From positions 1 through 56,943 of the forward strand of contig JBNGIO010003332.1 of NCBI GenBank assembly GCA_049999805.1: a stretch of DNA of 56,943 nt. Reading direction: 5' to 3'. This document shows positions 25,681-37,499 of this stretch, piece after piece. Below the pieces are notes generated by a model. The model did not search any database and was not told the origin of the DNA. It was given only the letters and a program-made list of their open reading frames with translations. Made by a program: the position numbers and the translations under genes. This stretch comes from Folioceros fuciformis. Its lineage: Eukaryota. How positions within the stretch are numbered: position 1 is the first letter of the stretch; the number at the start of each line of letters is the position of its first letter.

Positions 25681-26052
25681 TCAACATAGAGCTCTAGAAC
25701 ATGGTATCAACGTAAAGTTCTAGAACATGGTATCAACATAGAGCTCTAGAACATGGTATCAACGTAGAGTTCTAGAACATGGTATCAACATAGAGCTCTA
25801 GAACATGGTATCAACATAGACTCTACTACCATGCTCTACATTCTCAACATAGACTCTACTACCATGCTCTACATTCTCTTGGTCAGTATAGTGGTGTACT
25901 CGTGTCAATATCTCTTTTAAATAGTTCTTAACAGAGTGTTAAAAAGAACTCGTGTCAATATCTCTTTCAAATAGTGTTAACAGAGTGTTGAAAACAACTC
26001 GTGTCAATATCTCTTTTAAATAGTTCTTAACAGAGTGTTAGAAAGAACTCGT
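25681..26052. repeat. Compound tandem repeats in a Copia leader: 26-bp x5, 33-bp x2, ~50-bp x3
   Basis: tcaacatagagctctagaacatggta x5 (25681-25810); tcaacatagactctactaccatgctctacattc x2; actcgtgtcaatatctcttttaaatagttctaacagagtgttaaaaaga x3. Confidence 0.9.
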
Positions 26053-29000
26053 GCTTCAATTGTGAAGGTATTGATAGTATTCATTCTATAGCAAGAGGCT
26101 GAAATTCAAGAGATACAATAGATGGAGACAAGCATGAAGAGACATTGAGACACGCTCAGTGGAGAGTTTTGGAGGCAAGAACTTCACACTATGAAAGTTA
26201 AAAGATGAAGATGCTTCTCACTGAGAGAGGAGTATGAAAATTCGTTGACAAGGGCCTCGAAGACACACCCAGCGAAGGAGACCTTGATAAGGATGGACAT
26301 GCATTAGCTGCAATCCTTCTTAATGTGTCTAATGTCATACTCTCTCAATTGAGTGAGTGTGCAACGTCGGAGAAGGCATGGACTACCCTTTGCTATATGT
26401 CCGAAAAACGAAGTATGGTGAGTGAGATGTTGTTGGAGCAACAACTGTCCAACTTCAAGATGGTTGAAGGGGACACGATTCAACAGCATGTCAACAAGTT
26501 GAAGAACTTGGTTGATCAAATGCAAGCTGCAGACATCAAATCTTCTAAAGGAAGGATTATTATGGTGTTATTGAATAGTTTACCATCTGTGTACATGCAA
26601 TTTGTGTTGTCTTTTAGGACATCAGCAACGATATATTCAAGTGATAAACAAGCGACGATAGAAGAGGTGGTTGGGTTGCTTCTACAAGACAAGCTGGTGA
26701 ATTCATTCAAGAATGAACACAAATATGACTTGGTACATTTTTCGAGGAAAGGAAAGTCACAAGGGAAGACCCCATATGACAACTCAAGTGAAGGATCAAA
26801 GGAGAAAGTTACAAAGAAAAAGACATGGGGTACTTGCCATTACTATAAGAAACCTAACCATTATGCACAAGACTGCAGGACAAGATTGGTTGACTTGAAG
26901 AAGGGAAAATAGTCACAAGCCAATTAAGTAAGTGAGCAGGAAGAAAATCTTTTTTCTGCTTCAACAATAGAGACAGTGGGAGATCGCTCATCAAGGAAGG
27001 ATGAGAGTCTATACCTAGAGTTTGGAGCATCTCAACACATTACCTACAATCAACCTTGGATCTCAAGCTACAAAGAAATACCGATAGGGCATAAGGTGGC
27101 GCTTGGTGATAACAGGTCACACAAGATCAAAGGGAAAGGTGTCATAAAGGTAAAACTACCTGGTAAAAAGTCCAAAGGTACTATAAAGGATGTACATCTT
27201 GTACCTAGTTTTGCTAAAAATCTTCTTTCTATAGCTAGAATTATTGGCCGAGTAAATGAGATTGTGTTCAATTCAAAAGGATGTTGCATCCAACCCGAAC
27301 AACCTAAATCACATAATGTTACAGTGATAGCCAAAGGTATTCGGGAAGGCAATCTCTACAAGTTGTGTGCTTTTGTAGGAGATGAAGAAGATTACGCAAC
27401 TATGTCAAGTTCACCTCCCAGCTAAGGATCTTTAAGTCTATGGCATCAACATCTAGGCCATACAAACATAGATACCCTTAAATTGATGTAGTCCAAGCAT
27501 TTGTTTAAGGGTTTAAGTTTCGATATTAAAGACACAGGTGATTATCAACCATGTTAAGCTTGTATCATGGGCAAGCTTCACCGCTCTCAGTTCCCTAAGA
27601 TCGGGGCTCGTCAAGCTAGTAAGAAGCTAGAGCTTGTACGCACCGATGTGTGTGGACTCATGAAGAATCCTACTCATGGTGGATCATGCTATATTCTAGT
27701 CTTTGTGCATGACTTCATAAAAAGGAGTTGGACTTATCTCTTGAAGGAGAAGTCCAAGGTTTTCAACATATTTAAGACATGGAGAGTCTTGGTTGAAAAG
27801 GAGAATGGAGAATGCTTAAAGACTTTGAGAAGTTACAATGGAGAAGAGTACATCTCTTCTCAATTTAAAAGCTTTTGCAAGAAGTGTGGAATTTGAAAAC
27901 AATTCACAATTCCTCATACGCCACAACAAAATGGAGTAGCAAGAGCGCAAGCTTAGAAGTCTGGTGGAAGCAGCAAAGTGTATGCTCCATCGCAGTGCAT
28001 TGGAAGTACATTTTTGTGGAGAGGCTACTTTTACAGCCACTTACATTTTGAACAGAGTTCCAACTAAGGCTGAGCTTGGAATGACACCAGAAGAGACATG
28101 GACTGACATCAAACCTATTGTCAATTACTTTAGGATTTTTAGTTTTGTAGTTTATGCTCATGTTCTGAAGCAAAATCAAACCAAATGGGATCCTAAAGGC
28201 ATGCAATGCATCATGCGTGGATACTCTGATGAGGAATCGAGGAAAGAGGAATCGGTTATATAACCCTTCTACGAAAAAAATCATCTTTAGTAGAGATATT
28301 GTCTTTGATGAAGTATTAGATCCTCCCAAAACAATGGGAGAAACTCCCGTAGTTATCACAGAGTATAAGGAGGTATACGAGACACCTCTAGATACACCAT
28401 TTGTTTCCTCTCCTCATGTAGATAAGACTTCTGATCTTGAGGATAGATCCCTTTCTGATAATGTAGAGAATATACATAGTGTTGCAGACATTGACACAGA
28501 ACCTAATCCAACCAACCCAGCCTACACCAAATCTCAGGAGATTAACAGTAGGAAACCTTCAAGAAAGCTTTTGGAGTCAATGAATGCATGTGACATTGAA
28601 ATGGCTTTGTTAGTGGATGTTGATGAGCCACAAACCTTGAAGGAAGCATTGGAAGGACCAAAGGCTAAGGAGTGGAGAGCAGTTCTAGATAGTGAATATA
28701 ATTCACTTATAAAAAATAAGACCTGGAAAATCATTCCTCTTCCTCCAGGAAAAAAGTGCATAGGATCAAAATGGGTATTCAAGATTAAACATAACGCTGA
28801 TGGAAGCATTGAGCGTTATTAGGCAAGAATGGTAGGGAAATGATATACACAAGTGCCAAGTATTGATTACATAGACACTTTCTCTCATGTTGCCAAGATA
28901 ACATCCATCCGAGTACTCTTAGCAATAGCAGCAACCATGGATTTGGAGATCCATCACATGGATGTCCAAACATGATTTTTTTATAGAGATTTGGAAGAAG

Positions 29001-29830
29001 AAATCTAAATGAACCAGCCAGAAGGGTATGAAGTACTAGGTCGAGAAGATGAAGTATGTAAATTGCAAAAGGTAATCTATGACCTCAAGTAGTCAGCACT
29101 TACCTGCTATGTAAGAATTGATAAGTTCTTCTTAGCAATAAGTTTTAAGAAAACCAATTGAGATTGGAACATTTATGTAAAAAGAGAAGGAGAGTCCATG
29201 ATGATTATTGCCGTTTATGTTGTTGATCTTATTTTAGTTTGCAATTATTTAGAACTCTTGAAGCATACAAAGAAGAGTCTAAATGATAATTTTGACATAA
29301 GAGATATAGGAGAACTTCATTATTTCCTAGGGATAAAGGTATAGAGGGACAAGTTTAATAGGACGATCTATTTGAATCAAAGAACATACATTGAGAATGT
29401 CCTTAAACGGTTTGGAATGCAAGATTGCAAACTAGTGAAACACCAATGGTGTTAAATGAAAAGTTGTCGAAGGAAATGAGTCCTACAACTGACGAAGACA
29501 AGGAAAAGGTAGATAAAACTCTCTACCAATGTGCAGTTGGTTGCCTTACATATTTGTCTACAAGCACAAGGCCTGACATTGCAGAGGCAGTGGGAGTAGC
29601 TAGCCAATTTTTAGTCAATCTTGGTCAAGCGCATTTCCAAGCTTTAAGAAGGAACATAAGGTATTTGAATGGTACAAAACATTGAAATTTGGTGTATCAA
29701 CAAAGGTATGCAAATGAAGCCACGTTAGTGGGACATTGTGATTTTGATTAGACAGTGATTCTGATTGGGCAGGAGATGTTGATAGTCGAAAATCTAATCT
29801 GATATATGTTTTTGTTAAATAGAGGAGCTA
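25681..29830 (+). mobile_element. Degenerate Ty1/Copia LTR retrotransposon (gag-PR-IN-RT-partial RNaseH)
   Basis: Gag with decayed zinc knuckle (CHYYKKPNHYAQDC), protease (YLEFGASQHIT), WHQHLGH, integrase (LELVRTDVCG, TPQQNGVA), RT (KCIGSKWVFKIK, HHMDV, YVVDL) and RNaseH start (DSDWAGDVDSRKS), in Copia order with many stops. Intact LTRs were not found. Confidence 0.93.
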
Positions 29831-30537
29831 TTTTTAATAGACAAGTCATCTATGTCAGATATTGATACGATCAAATGTACACATGATGGCCTTTAATTAA
29901 ACATGTCCGATGCTAATAGCGATCTCGAAAGGCGCTTTGGATGAAGACCTTGCTCATGCTGAGCATCGTTCCAATATCAGCAAAACCGGTTTTCATCTTT
30001 CCGTCCCTGCTGACCACTTCATCCACGACGTCTGAGGTTCTCTTGAGACAAGTCCTGCACCTCGACTCGCCAACACCAGCTAAACCGCTAAGAATGCCTT
30101 GCGCAGCTGAAGACAATCTGCCAGGAGAACTACAATATTTCATCTGTTCACGTCGCCGACACTTGCGGAGGACGCATCTTGAAATTCACCATTTCACTAC
30201 AGGATACGAAAGGCACTGAGGCAGAAGCTTTGAGGGTGGTGCATTGCGTTTTCCAATGCTGAATGCAGCTGCTTTGGCTTGCGATCCCCGCAGCGGTAGG
30301 GTTCTGGGGACTCGACACAGGAGTTCACTGGGGGGAATGTCTTGTGCCGAAAACGTCTGCTTGAATGCGGATCTAAGGTTAAAAGAGATCCGAAATGGAC
30401 GCAGAGAAGGTCCTCGTGTATTCCGACTACTGGGCTTTCTGACCGAAATCGAAATGCTCCACTTTACAATTAACTGTACTTTAAGTGCTTTCTCGCCATT
30501 GAAACACGCTCCAAAGCCATAGGCGCCTGATGGAGCC

Positions 30538-33500
30538 ATGGCTGCCTGGAGCGTGGCAATCGAGTCACGCGCAAGACAAGGGCAACCGTATCCTCTGAGG
30601 GAACAGCTTCCCTGGACCAAAGAACTTAGAGGGGTGACCGTTAGTGGTGTAGGTGCTTCCTCGCACGCAACTGTGATTTCCAGGAACCAGCCGAAGGCGA
30701 ACATCGAAGCTACGAGCTGCAGCACCCCTGCAGGAGAGCCAGTTCGGGGCCGTGCCCACGAGCTGGGAGACGGTGACGCTCGTAAGATTGGGCCTAAACC
30801 CTATGAAATTGGCGTGACTCCTGAAACCGTGAGCAGGCTATGTGAGCAGGGTCGTGTGACAGAGGCGGTTGAGGCTTTGGGTATCCTTGCGCAGATAAGG
30901 AGGAGTTGTGTTTCGAGATCTCTTTTTCACGGTGTTGTGAGGAAATGTGTGATGAAGAGGGATATTGTTTTAGGTCGGAGAGTCCATGCCTTAATGGTGA
31001 GTACGGGGTGCGAGTCGGATACATTCCTGTGCAATCACATCCTGCGAATGTATGCTTCACACCGAAGGTTGCAAGATGCGATGGATGTGTTTGCAATGGT
31101 CGCTATACCTGATGCCTTCATGTGGTCGTCCATCATTTCTGCGCATGTAAAGTATGGAGAAGAGAAGCAGGCCATACAGCTGTATCGTCGGATGCGGGGG
31201 TCCAAAGTGAAGCCAGATGGTCATGTCTTTGTGGCGGCCCTTCAAGCTTGTGCAAGGGGATTGGACTTGGAAGCTGGACAACAGGTGCATGCAGATGTGG
31301 TGGCCAGTGGGGTTGAGCCTGATTTGTTTGTCTGCAGTAGCTTGGTGGACATGTATGCAAAGTGCGGGAGCCTGGAAGATGCTCAGCAAGTCTTTGATGG
31401 ACTCTGTCGGAAGGATGTGGTAACATGGAATGCCATGATAGCAGGGTACTCGCAGCGGGGCATGGGCCAGGAAGCCCTGCGATTGTACAACACTATGCGA
31501 GCCGAGATGGCTACACCTGATTCTGTGACGTTTGTGTCCCTCTTGCAGGCATGTGCATGTGTGGGCGCCCTAGCTCTGGAGACGGGGAAGGAAATCCATG
31601 CACATATAATAGAGCGAGGGCTACAAGCCCACGTCTTGGTAGCAAACAGTTTGGTAAACATGTATGTAAAGTGTGGCAGTGTGAACGATGCTCAGGGAGT
31701 ATTTGATGGAATGAGTCAGAAAGATATGCTGACGTGGAATGCCATAATATGTGGCTACTCCCGGCAGGGCATGGTCCAGGAAGCCCTTCACGTTTACAGT
31801 GCCATGCAAGGCGAGGGCATCACTGTACCCCATCCAATGACATTTGTTCACCTCCTGAATGCATGTGCCAGTGTGGGCACTGCAGGTTTGGAGATAGGTA
31901 AGCAGCTTCACACACAAATTAGGGAACAAGGACACCAAGCTGATGTGGTTGTAGCCAACAGTTTGGTCGACATGTATGCCAAGTGCGGCAGCCTAGAGGA
32001 TGCTCACAGTGTGTTTGACGGACTTCATAAGAAAGATGTGGTGACGTGGACTGCTCTTATCGGAGGGTATTCCCAGCAGGGCATGGGCCAGGAAGCCCTT
32101 CAACTCTACAGAGATATGGAAGGAGAAGGAATAGTTGCCCCCGACTTGGTGACATTTGTGTGCCTTCTACAGGCATGTGCAAGTGTAGGCATCGGAGCCT
32201 TGGAGGTGGGCAAGCAGCTTCATGCACAAATCAGTAAAAGAGGAGATCAATCTGGTGCAGTTTTGGCCAACAGTTTGGTAAACATGTATGCGAAGTGTGG
32301 CAGCATGGAGGATGCTCAGCAAGTGTTTGACGGACTTGGTCACAAAGATGTGGTGACGTGGACCTCTCTAATTGCAGGGTATTCTCAGCAGGGGATGGGA
32401 CAGGAAGCCATCCATCTCTACAGGCGGATGCAAGCTGGAGGCATGGCGGTACCTAATTCTGTGACTTTCGTCTGCCTCCTGCAGGCATGTGCAAGCTTAG
32501 GAGCCCCAGCTTTGGAGATAGGGAAACAGATTCATGGGAATATTAGAGACTTAGGAAATGAAGCTGATGCATTTGTAGCCAGCAGCTTGGTAAGCATGTA
32601 TGCCAAGTGTGGCAGTATGGAGGATGCTCGGAGATTGTTTGATGGACTTGATAGAAAAAATGTCGTCGTGTGGAATGCCATGATTGCAGGATGTTCCCAG
32701 CAGGGTATGAACCTGGAAGCCCTTCGCCTCTACAATGCTATGCAAGAAGAGGGCATCACTAAACCCAATTCGGTGACAATTGCATGCCTCCTGCAAGCAT
32801 GTGCTGGTGTGGGCACCCCGGCTTTGGAGATGGGGAAGTTGTTTCATTCACAAATTAGAGAACAGGGACATCAGACTGATGTACGTCTAGCCAACAGTTT
32901 GGTGAACATGTATGCCAAGTGTGGCAGCTTGGAAGACGCTCAGAGAGTATTTGATGGCCTTGGTCAAAAAGATGTGGTGACCTGGACGGCCCTAATTGGG
33001 GGGTATTCTCAGGAGGGCAGAGGGGAGGAAGCTCTCAGTCTTTACCGTGTCATGAACGAAGAAAGCATCTCTGTACCTAACCCTGTGACATTTGTTTGCC
33101 TCCTGCAGGCATGTTCAAATGTGGGCACCCAAGCTTTGGAGATAGGAAAGCAGCTTCATGTGCAAATTAGAGATGGCGGACATCAGGCTGATTTGTTTGT
33201 AGCCAACAGTTTGATCAACATGTATGCTAAGTGTGGCAGCCTGGAGGGCGCGCAAAGAGTGTTTGATGGGTTGGGTGAAAAAGATGTTGTGACGTGGACT
33301 GCTCTAATTGCAGGGTATTCCGAGCAGGGCATGAGCCAGGAAGCCCTTCGGCTTTACAGTGTCATGCTAGAAGGAGGCACCGCTGTACCTAATTCCCTGA
33401 CATTTTTGTTCCTCCTGCAGGCATGTTCAAATTTGGCAGCCCTGCATCTTGGAAGGCAGGTGCATGCACAGATTGAAGAGCAAAGGCTTGAAACTGATCT

Positions 33501-34191
33501 GTTTATAGCCGCCAGTTTGATAAACATGTATGGAAAGTGTGGGTGCATGCTGGATGCACAGCAGGTGTTTGATTCGTTGCCTGAGAGAGACGTCTTCGTC
33601 TGGAGCGCATTGATTGCAGGCTACTCTTCCCAAGGGGACAGTAAAGCAGTGTTTGACTTGGTTGAGAGAATGAGAGCGGATGGTATCCAGCCAGTGGCCA
33701 TCACGTGTCTGAGTATTCTAACTGTATGTTGTCATGCAGGTCTGGTGAAGAAGGGGAGGGAGTACTTCGCCGCCATGAGCAAACAGTACAGCATCACTCC
33801 CACGGTGGAGCACTACACATGTATGGCAGATATCCTGTGTCGTGCAGGCCTACTTGATGAGGCTTTAGGTTTGGTAAGAGCGATGCCTGTAGTGTCAAAT
33901 GCTGCAGTCTGGCACACGCTGCTGGGTGCTTGTCAAAAATTGGGCAATGTGGATGTAGCACGCTATGCTTTCGACGAAGCAGTGAAGATGGACAAGAAAG
34001 ATACTGCAGCATATGCATTAATGTTCAATATATACAATGGCGCTCAGATGTGGGAGCAGGCACAGGAGATACAGGTCGCGAGGATAAAAATGAGGGCGTG
34101 GAAACAGCCGGGTCTGAGTTGGTGGACAGACACAAACGGGCTGGTGCACAGTTTTTTGGTCGGGCATGAAAGCAATCTTTCACGACAATAA
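30538..34191 (+). CDS. PLS-class PPR protein with extended (LL-type) L motifs and a truncated WW-type C-terminal domain, organellar RNA-editing factor
   Basis: 1217-aa intronless ORF with ~105-aa triplets (L motifs such as TFVCLLQACASVGIGALEVGKQLHAQI carry a 2-aa insert), E1/E2, and an end at AWKQPGLSWWTDTNGLVHSFLVGHESNLSRQ*. Confidence 0.95.
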   Translation: MAAWSVAIESRARQGQPYPLREQLPWTKELRGVTVSGVGASSHATVISRNQPKANIEATSCSTPAGEPVRGRAHELGDGDARKIGPKPYEIGVTPETVSRLCEQGRVTEAVEALGILAQIRRSCVSRSLFHGVVRKCVMKRDIVLGRRVHALMVSTGCESDTFLCNHILRMYASHRRLQDAMDVFAMVAIPDAFMWSSIISAHVKYGEEKQAIQLYRRMRGSKVKPDGHVFVAALQACARGLDLEAGQQVHADVVASGVEPDLFVCSSLVDMYAKCGSLEDAQQVFDGLCRKDVVTWNAMIAGYSQRGMGQEALRLYNTMRAEMATPDSVTFVSLLQACACVGALALETGKEIHAHIIERGLQAHVLVANSLVNMYVKCGSVNDAQGVFDGMSQKDMLTWNAIICGYSRQGMVQEALHVYSAMQGEGITVPHPMTFVHLLNACASVGTAGLEIGKQLHTQIREQGHQADVVVANSLVDMYAKCGSLEDAHSVFDGLHKKDVVTWTALIGGYSQQGMGQEALQLYRDMEGEGIVAPDLVTFVCLLQACASVGIGALEVGKQLHAQISKRGDQSGAVLANSLVNMYAKCGSMEDAQQVFDGLGHKDVVTWTSLIAGYSQQGMGQEAIHLYRRMQAGGMAVPNSVTFVCLLQACASLGAPALEIGKQIHGNIRDLGNEADAFVASSLVSMYAKCGSMEDARRLFDGLDRKNVVVWNAMIAGCSQQGMNLEALRLYNAMQEEGITKPNSVTIACLLQACAGVGTPALEMGKLFHSQIREQGHQTDVRLANSLVNMYAKCGSLEDAQRVFDGLGQKDVVTWTALIGGYSQEGRGEEALSLYRVMNEESISVPNPVTFVCLLQACSNVGTQALEIGKQLHVQIRDGGHQADLFVANSLINMYAKCGSLEGAQRVFDGLGEKDVVTWTALIAGYSEQGMSQEALRLYSVMLEGGTAVPNSLTFLFLLQACSNLAALHLGRQVHAQIEEQRLETDLFIAASLINMYGKCGCMLDAQQVFDSLPERDVFVWSALIAGYSSQGDSKAVFDLVERMRADGIQPVAITCLSILTVCCHAGLVKKGREYFAAMSKQYSITPTVEHYTCMADILCRAGLLDEALGLVRAMPVVSNAAVWHTLLGACQKLGNVDVARYAFDEAVKMDKKDTAAYALMFNIYNGAQMWEQAQEIQVARIKMRAWKQPGLSWWTDTNGLVHSFLVGHESNLSRQ

Positions 34192-34314
34192 CAAGGGAGA
34201 TCACTAAGGACGTGTATCGAGGTTTCATTGTTCATCCAAAGCTGCAGCTGCTTTTAAATTGTCTGCCCAGCGGAACCTGTTGTTGCACTCCCTGCTGTTC
34301 TAGCTATCTATGGG

Positions 34315-35220
34315 GGAGCCCTTCACCCTTTCAGTGCAAGACGAGGGCATCCCTGTACCGCATCCCATGACATTTGTTTACCTCCTGACTGCATGTGCCA
34401 CTGTATGTAGTACTGAGTTGGATATCAGTAAGCAGTTGAACACACGAACTAGGGAACAAGGGCACCAATTTCTGATGCGGTTCTAGCTAACAGTTCGGTC
34501 GATGTCGACGCAAAGTGCGACAGCCTAGAGGATGCTTACACCGTGCCTGACGGACTTCATAAGAAAGATGTAGTGACGTGGACCGCTCTTATCGGAGGGT
34601 ATGCCCAGCAGGCATGGGCCAGGAAGTTCAACTTTACAGAGATATGCATGAAGAAGGAATAGTTGCCCCCGACTTGGTGACATTTGTGTGCCTTCTACAG
34701 GCATGTGCAAGTGTAGGCATCGGAGCCTTGGAGGTGGGCAAGCAGCTTCATGCACAAATCAGGAAAAGAGGAGGTCAATCTGGTGCAGTTTTGGCCAACA
34801 GTTTGGTAAACATGTATGCGAAGTGTGGCAGCATGGAGGACGCTCAGCAAGTGTTTGACGGACTTGGTCACAAAGATGTTGTGACGTGGACCTCTCTGAT
34901 TGCATGGTAATCCCACCAGGGGATGGGGCAGGAAGCACTCCATCTCTACAAGCGGATTCAAGCCGTATGCATCGCGGTACCTAAATCTGTGAGTTCTGTC
35001 TGCTGCAGGCATGTGCAAGCGCAGGAACCCCAGCTTTGGAAACAGGGAAGCAGGTTCATGGGAATGTCCGAGAAAGCGCATGAAGCTAATGCATTCGTAG
35101 CCAGCGGCTTGGTAAGAATGTATACCAAGTATGGCAGTCTTCAGGATGTTCAAAGATTGGTTGATGGGTTTGATAGAAAAAATGAGTGGTCACGTGGAAT
35201 GTCATGATTGCAGAGGTACT
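34315..35220 (+). pseudogene. Frameshifted partial duplicate of the adjacent PPR gene (copy of ~31785-32690)
   Basis: Near-identical nucleotide stretch (e.g. ccccgacttggtgacatttgtgtgccttctacaggcatgtgcaagtgtaggcatcggagcc at both ~32140 and ~34668) flanked by more decayed parts with stops and frameshifts. Confidence 0.9.
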
Positions 35221-35692
35221 GCCAAAGCACGAATTTGGCCTTGTGCTTGTCTACGATTGTAGCATTCCTTCTCTCGGAGAGTGAGATGTTAGTGTTGATT
35301 AAGAATTGAGAGGAAACAAAAAATAGCATGAAGAAGAGTATGAAAAAGTTTTCCGGCTCCAAATCTCTAGTGGAGAGATTTGGAGCCAAGAACTTTATAT
35401 CGTTGAAGTTAAAGATGGGGTGGAACCTCAAAGGAGGCATCAGTATGCTAGGACAGGAGATACTTCACGTGAAAAGAAGCACAGGAGGTACTTCACGGGA
35501 AAACAAGCCTGATGTATGAGATCTAGGCGAAGCCCAACTTGAAGATAATTGATGCACCCAAGCGGCATGTCTAGTAATCGAAGAACTGTTTGGTTGACAA
35601 CATGTCCAAAAGTAGAAAAACTAAATGGAGATGTGGGCGTCAGACTTTCTAGAGGTCATGAAGTTGTTAAGTAGTCTATCACTTGTTACAAG

Positions 35693-35912
35693 CAATGTAT
35701 GTTAAACCTTGAGATGATTGTGTTTAAGTTAAAAATAATAATATTGGTAATTTATGTTAAACCTTGAGGATGATTGTGTTTAAGATTAAAAAAATAATAT
35801 TAGTAATTTATTCTAAATTGTGAGGATGATTACGTTTAAGTTAAAAAAATAATATTGATAATTTATGTTAAACCTTGAGGATGATTGTATTTGAGTTAAA
35901 AAAAATAACATT
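35693..35912. repeat. AT-rich minisatellite, ~55-bp unit, 4 copies
   Basis: atttatgttaaaccttgaggatgattgtgtttaagttaaaaaaataatattggt-like unit repeated. Confidence 0.85.
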
Positions 35913-36539
35913 GGATGAAGTGGTTGAGTTGCTCTTGCTTGATGTTGATGAATTTGTTGAAGAAAGAGGAGAAAGAAACTTTATGTTTTCGCAAGGAAGA
36001 GAAGAAAGCATAAAAGTACTGTGGCTACTGTCTCCTAAAACCCTAAATCCTATCGCCACCTAATCTCTAAACCCATAGTATGTACAAATCTTTCTCTAAC
36101 ATAAGTAATCTCTACAAGTTATATTCTTACGGAGGAGATTAGGAAGCTTATACAATTATGCCAAACTCACCTCAAAGAAAGAGATATTTTCTATTGTTAA
36201 AAAACTTTTTGAGATATTTTCTATTATTGCAAAAGAAGTGAAAGTCTCGTCTACTCCAAAGATAAGGAGAACAACTCGAGTAGAGTTAAAGGTAAAAAAA
36301 AACTAGTATTTTTTATTCTTGAAAAAGATATGGAAAGCCCCATTTACTCCAAAGATAAGGAGGCTTTCCCTACTGTGAACACGTACCATAATTGTGTCTC
36401 CAAGACATTGATACCACAAAACTTGTTGTGCTTTGAGATAAGTTAATCATTTGATCTTTATTTAAATGCAAGGTTTGCTCCCCTTGAGATTACTTCTCCT
36501 GCCCCTTCAATGCATTGGGGGAGTGAAAGATATCTCACC

Positions 36540-37004
36540 CTCGAATGGACTTTGAGTCTTAGGAGTTCATGTAGGACCTCTTGATTTTATTTATAGGTTT
36601 GTGGATGCAGCCTTTGATGACAATTTAACTTATATCATGGACTTCTCATAAATCGGTGAACCTCATATTGCATTTGATATTCTTCCTTCTTACTTTGTGC
36701 GGCAACTATGTTACCTCACTAGAACTATTGTCTTCTCTACCTTTTTTATCAAGTCTCAAGAAGTTCAACAATCAAGCTATGCAGGCACTTAGCGACGTCA
36801 TAGGTCCTAACACCTTCGAGTGTGCTGTCGATGATTTGGTTTGGAAGCAAGCTTCCTTGCCAGCTCCCTTTGGGGGGAATTGGCTTTTGGCCATGGAGGC
36901 CACTGCCCCAACTACCTTTCTCGATAGTTGGGCCCTCTCGGCTTCAATTTTGGCCTCTTGTTTTTTGCTCTAGGATTCCCCCCTTGTTGATGATTTTATC
37001 TCAT
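36540..37004 (+). mobile_element. RLE-type (CRE-like) non-LTR retrotransposon, fragment 1 (RT C-terminus/thumb)
   Basis: Decayed translation GL*VLGVHVG...YLTRT...WKQASLPAPFGG...ATAPTTFLDSW matches the 'LGVPVG / QASLPxxxGGLG / APAAFLASW' pattern of RLE-clade RTs. Confidence 0.7.
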
Positions 37005-37034
37005 AACAAGGTCTAATCCAAACAGGCGAATTCC
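37005..37034 (+). repeat. Left terminal inverted repeat
   Basis: aacaaggtctaatccaaacaggcgaattcc. Confidence 0.85.
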
Positions 37035-37499
37035 GCCATTTTGGGCTTCGCCAAATTTTGACGTTCAAATTTCGTGTTAAATATCCACATTTTGATGCTT
37101 TTTTAACCAACAATGAATAAATGTGGAGGAAAAGGGTGTTGCGTACCAACGCAAACATTCCTTATTATGATAGTATATGCAAATTTGCGGGTATCCTTCC
37201 ATTCAAATACATGACAAAACCTAGTAATATGGCACGTATCAAGTAATTCAGGTGTTGTCCAATTCCATGTAAAGTCCTGCGTGTTTGAACTATCCCTAAT
37301 CTTAGTCAACCCTATTCTTTAAAATCATCAGCCGTCGATGTCTACTTGCATTTTCCATAAATTTAAGCGGGATAGGCCACTAGTAAACCGGCGCACTTTA
37401 ACTTGTAGTGCACTGGTAGATCGGCGCACACTACCAAACTCACGTATTTGGCAATCGAAAAGCGAAACTTGCTTGCCGTTCAATCCAAAAGACATCATA

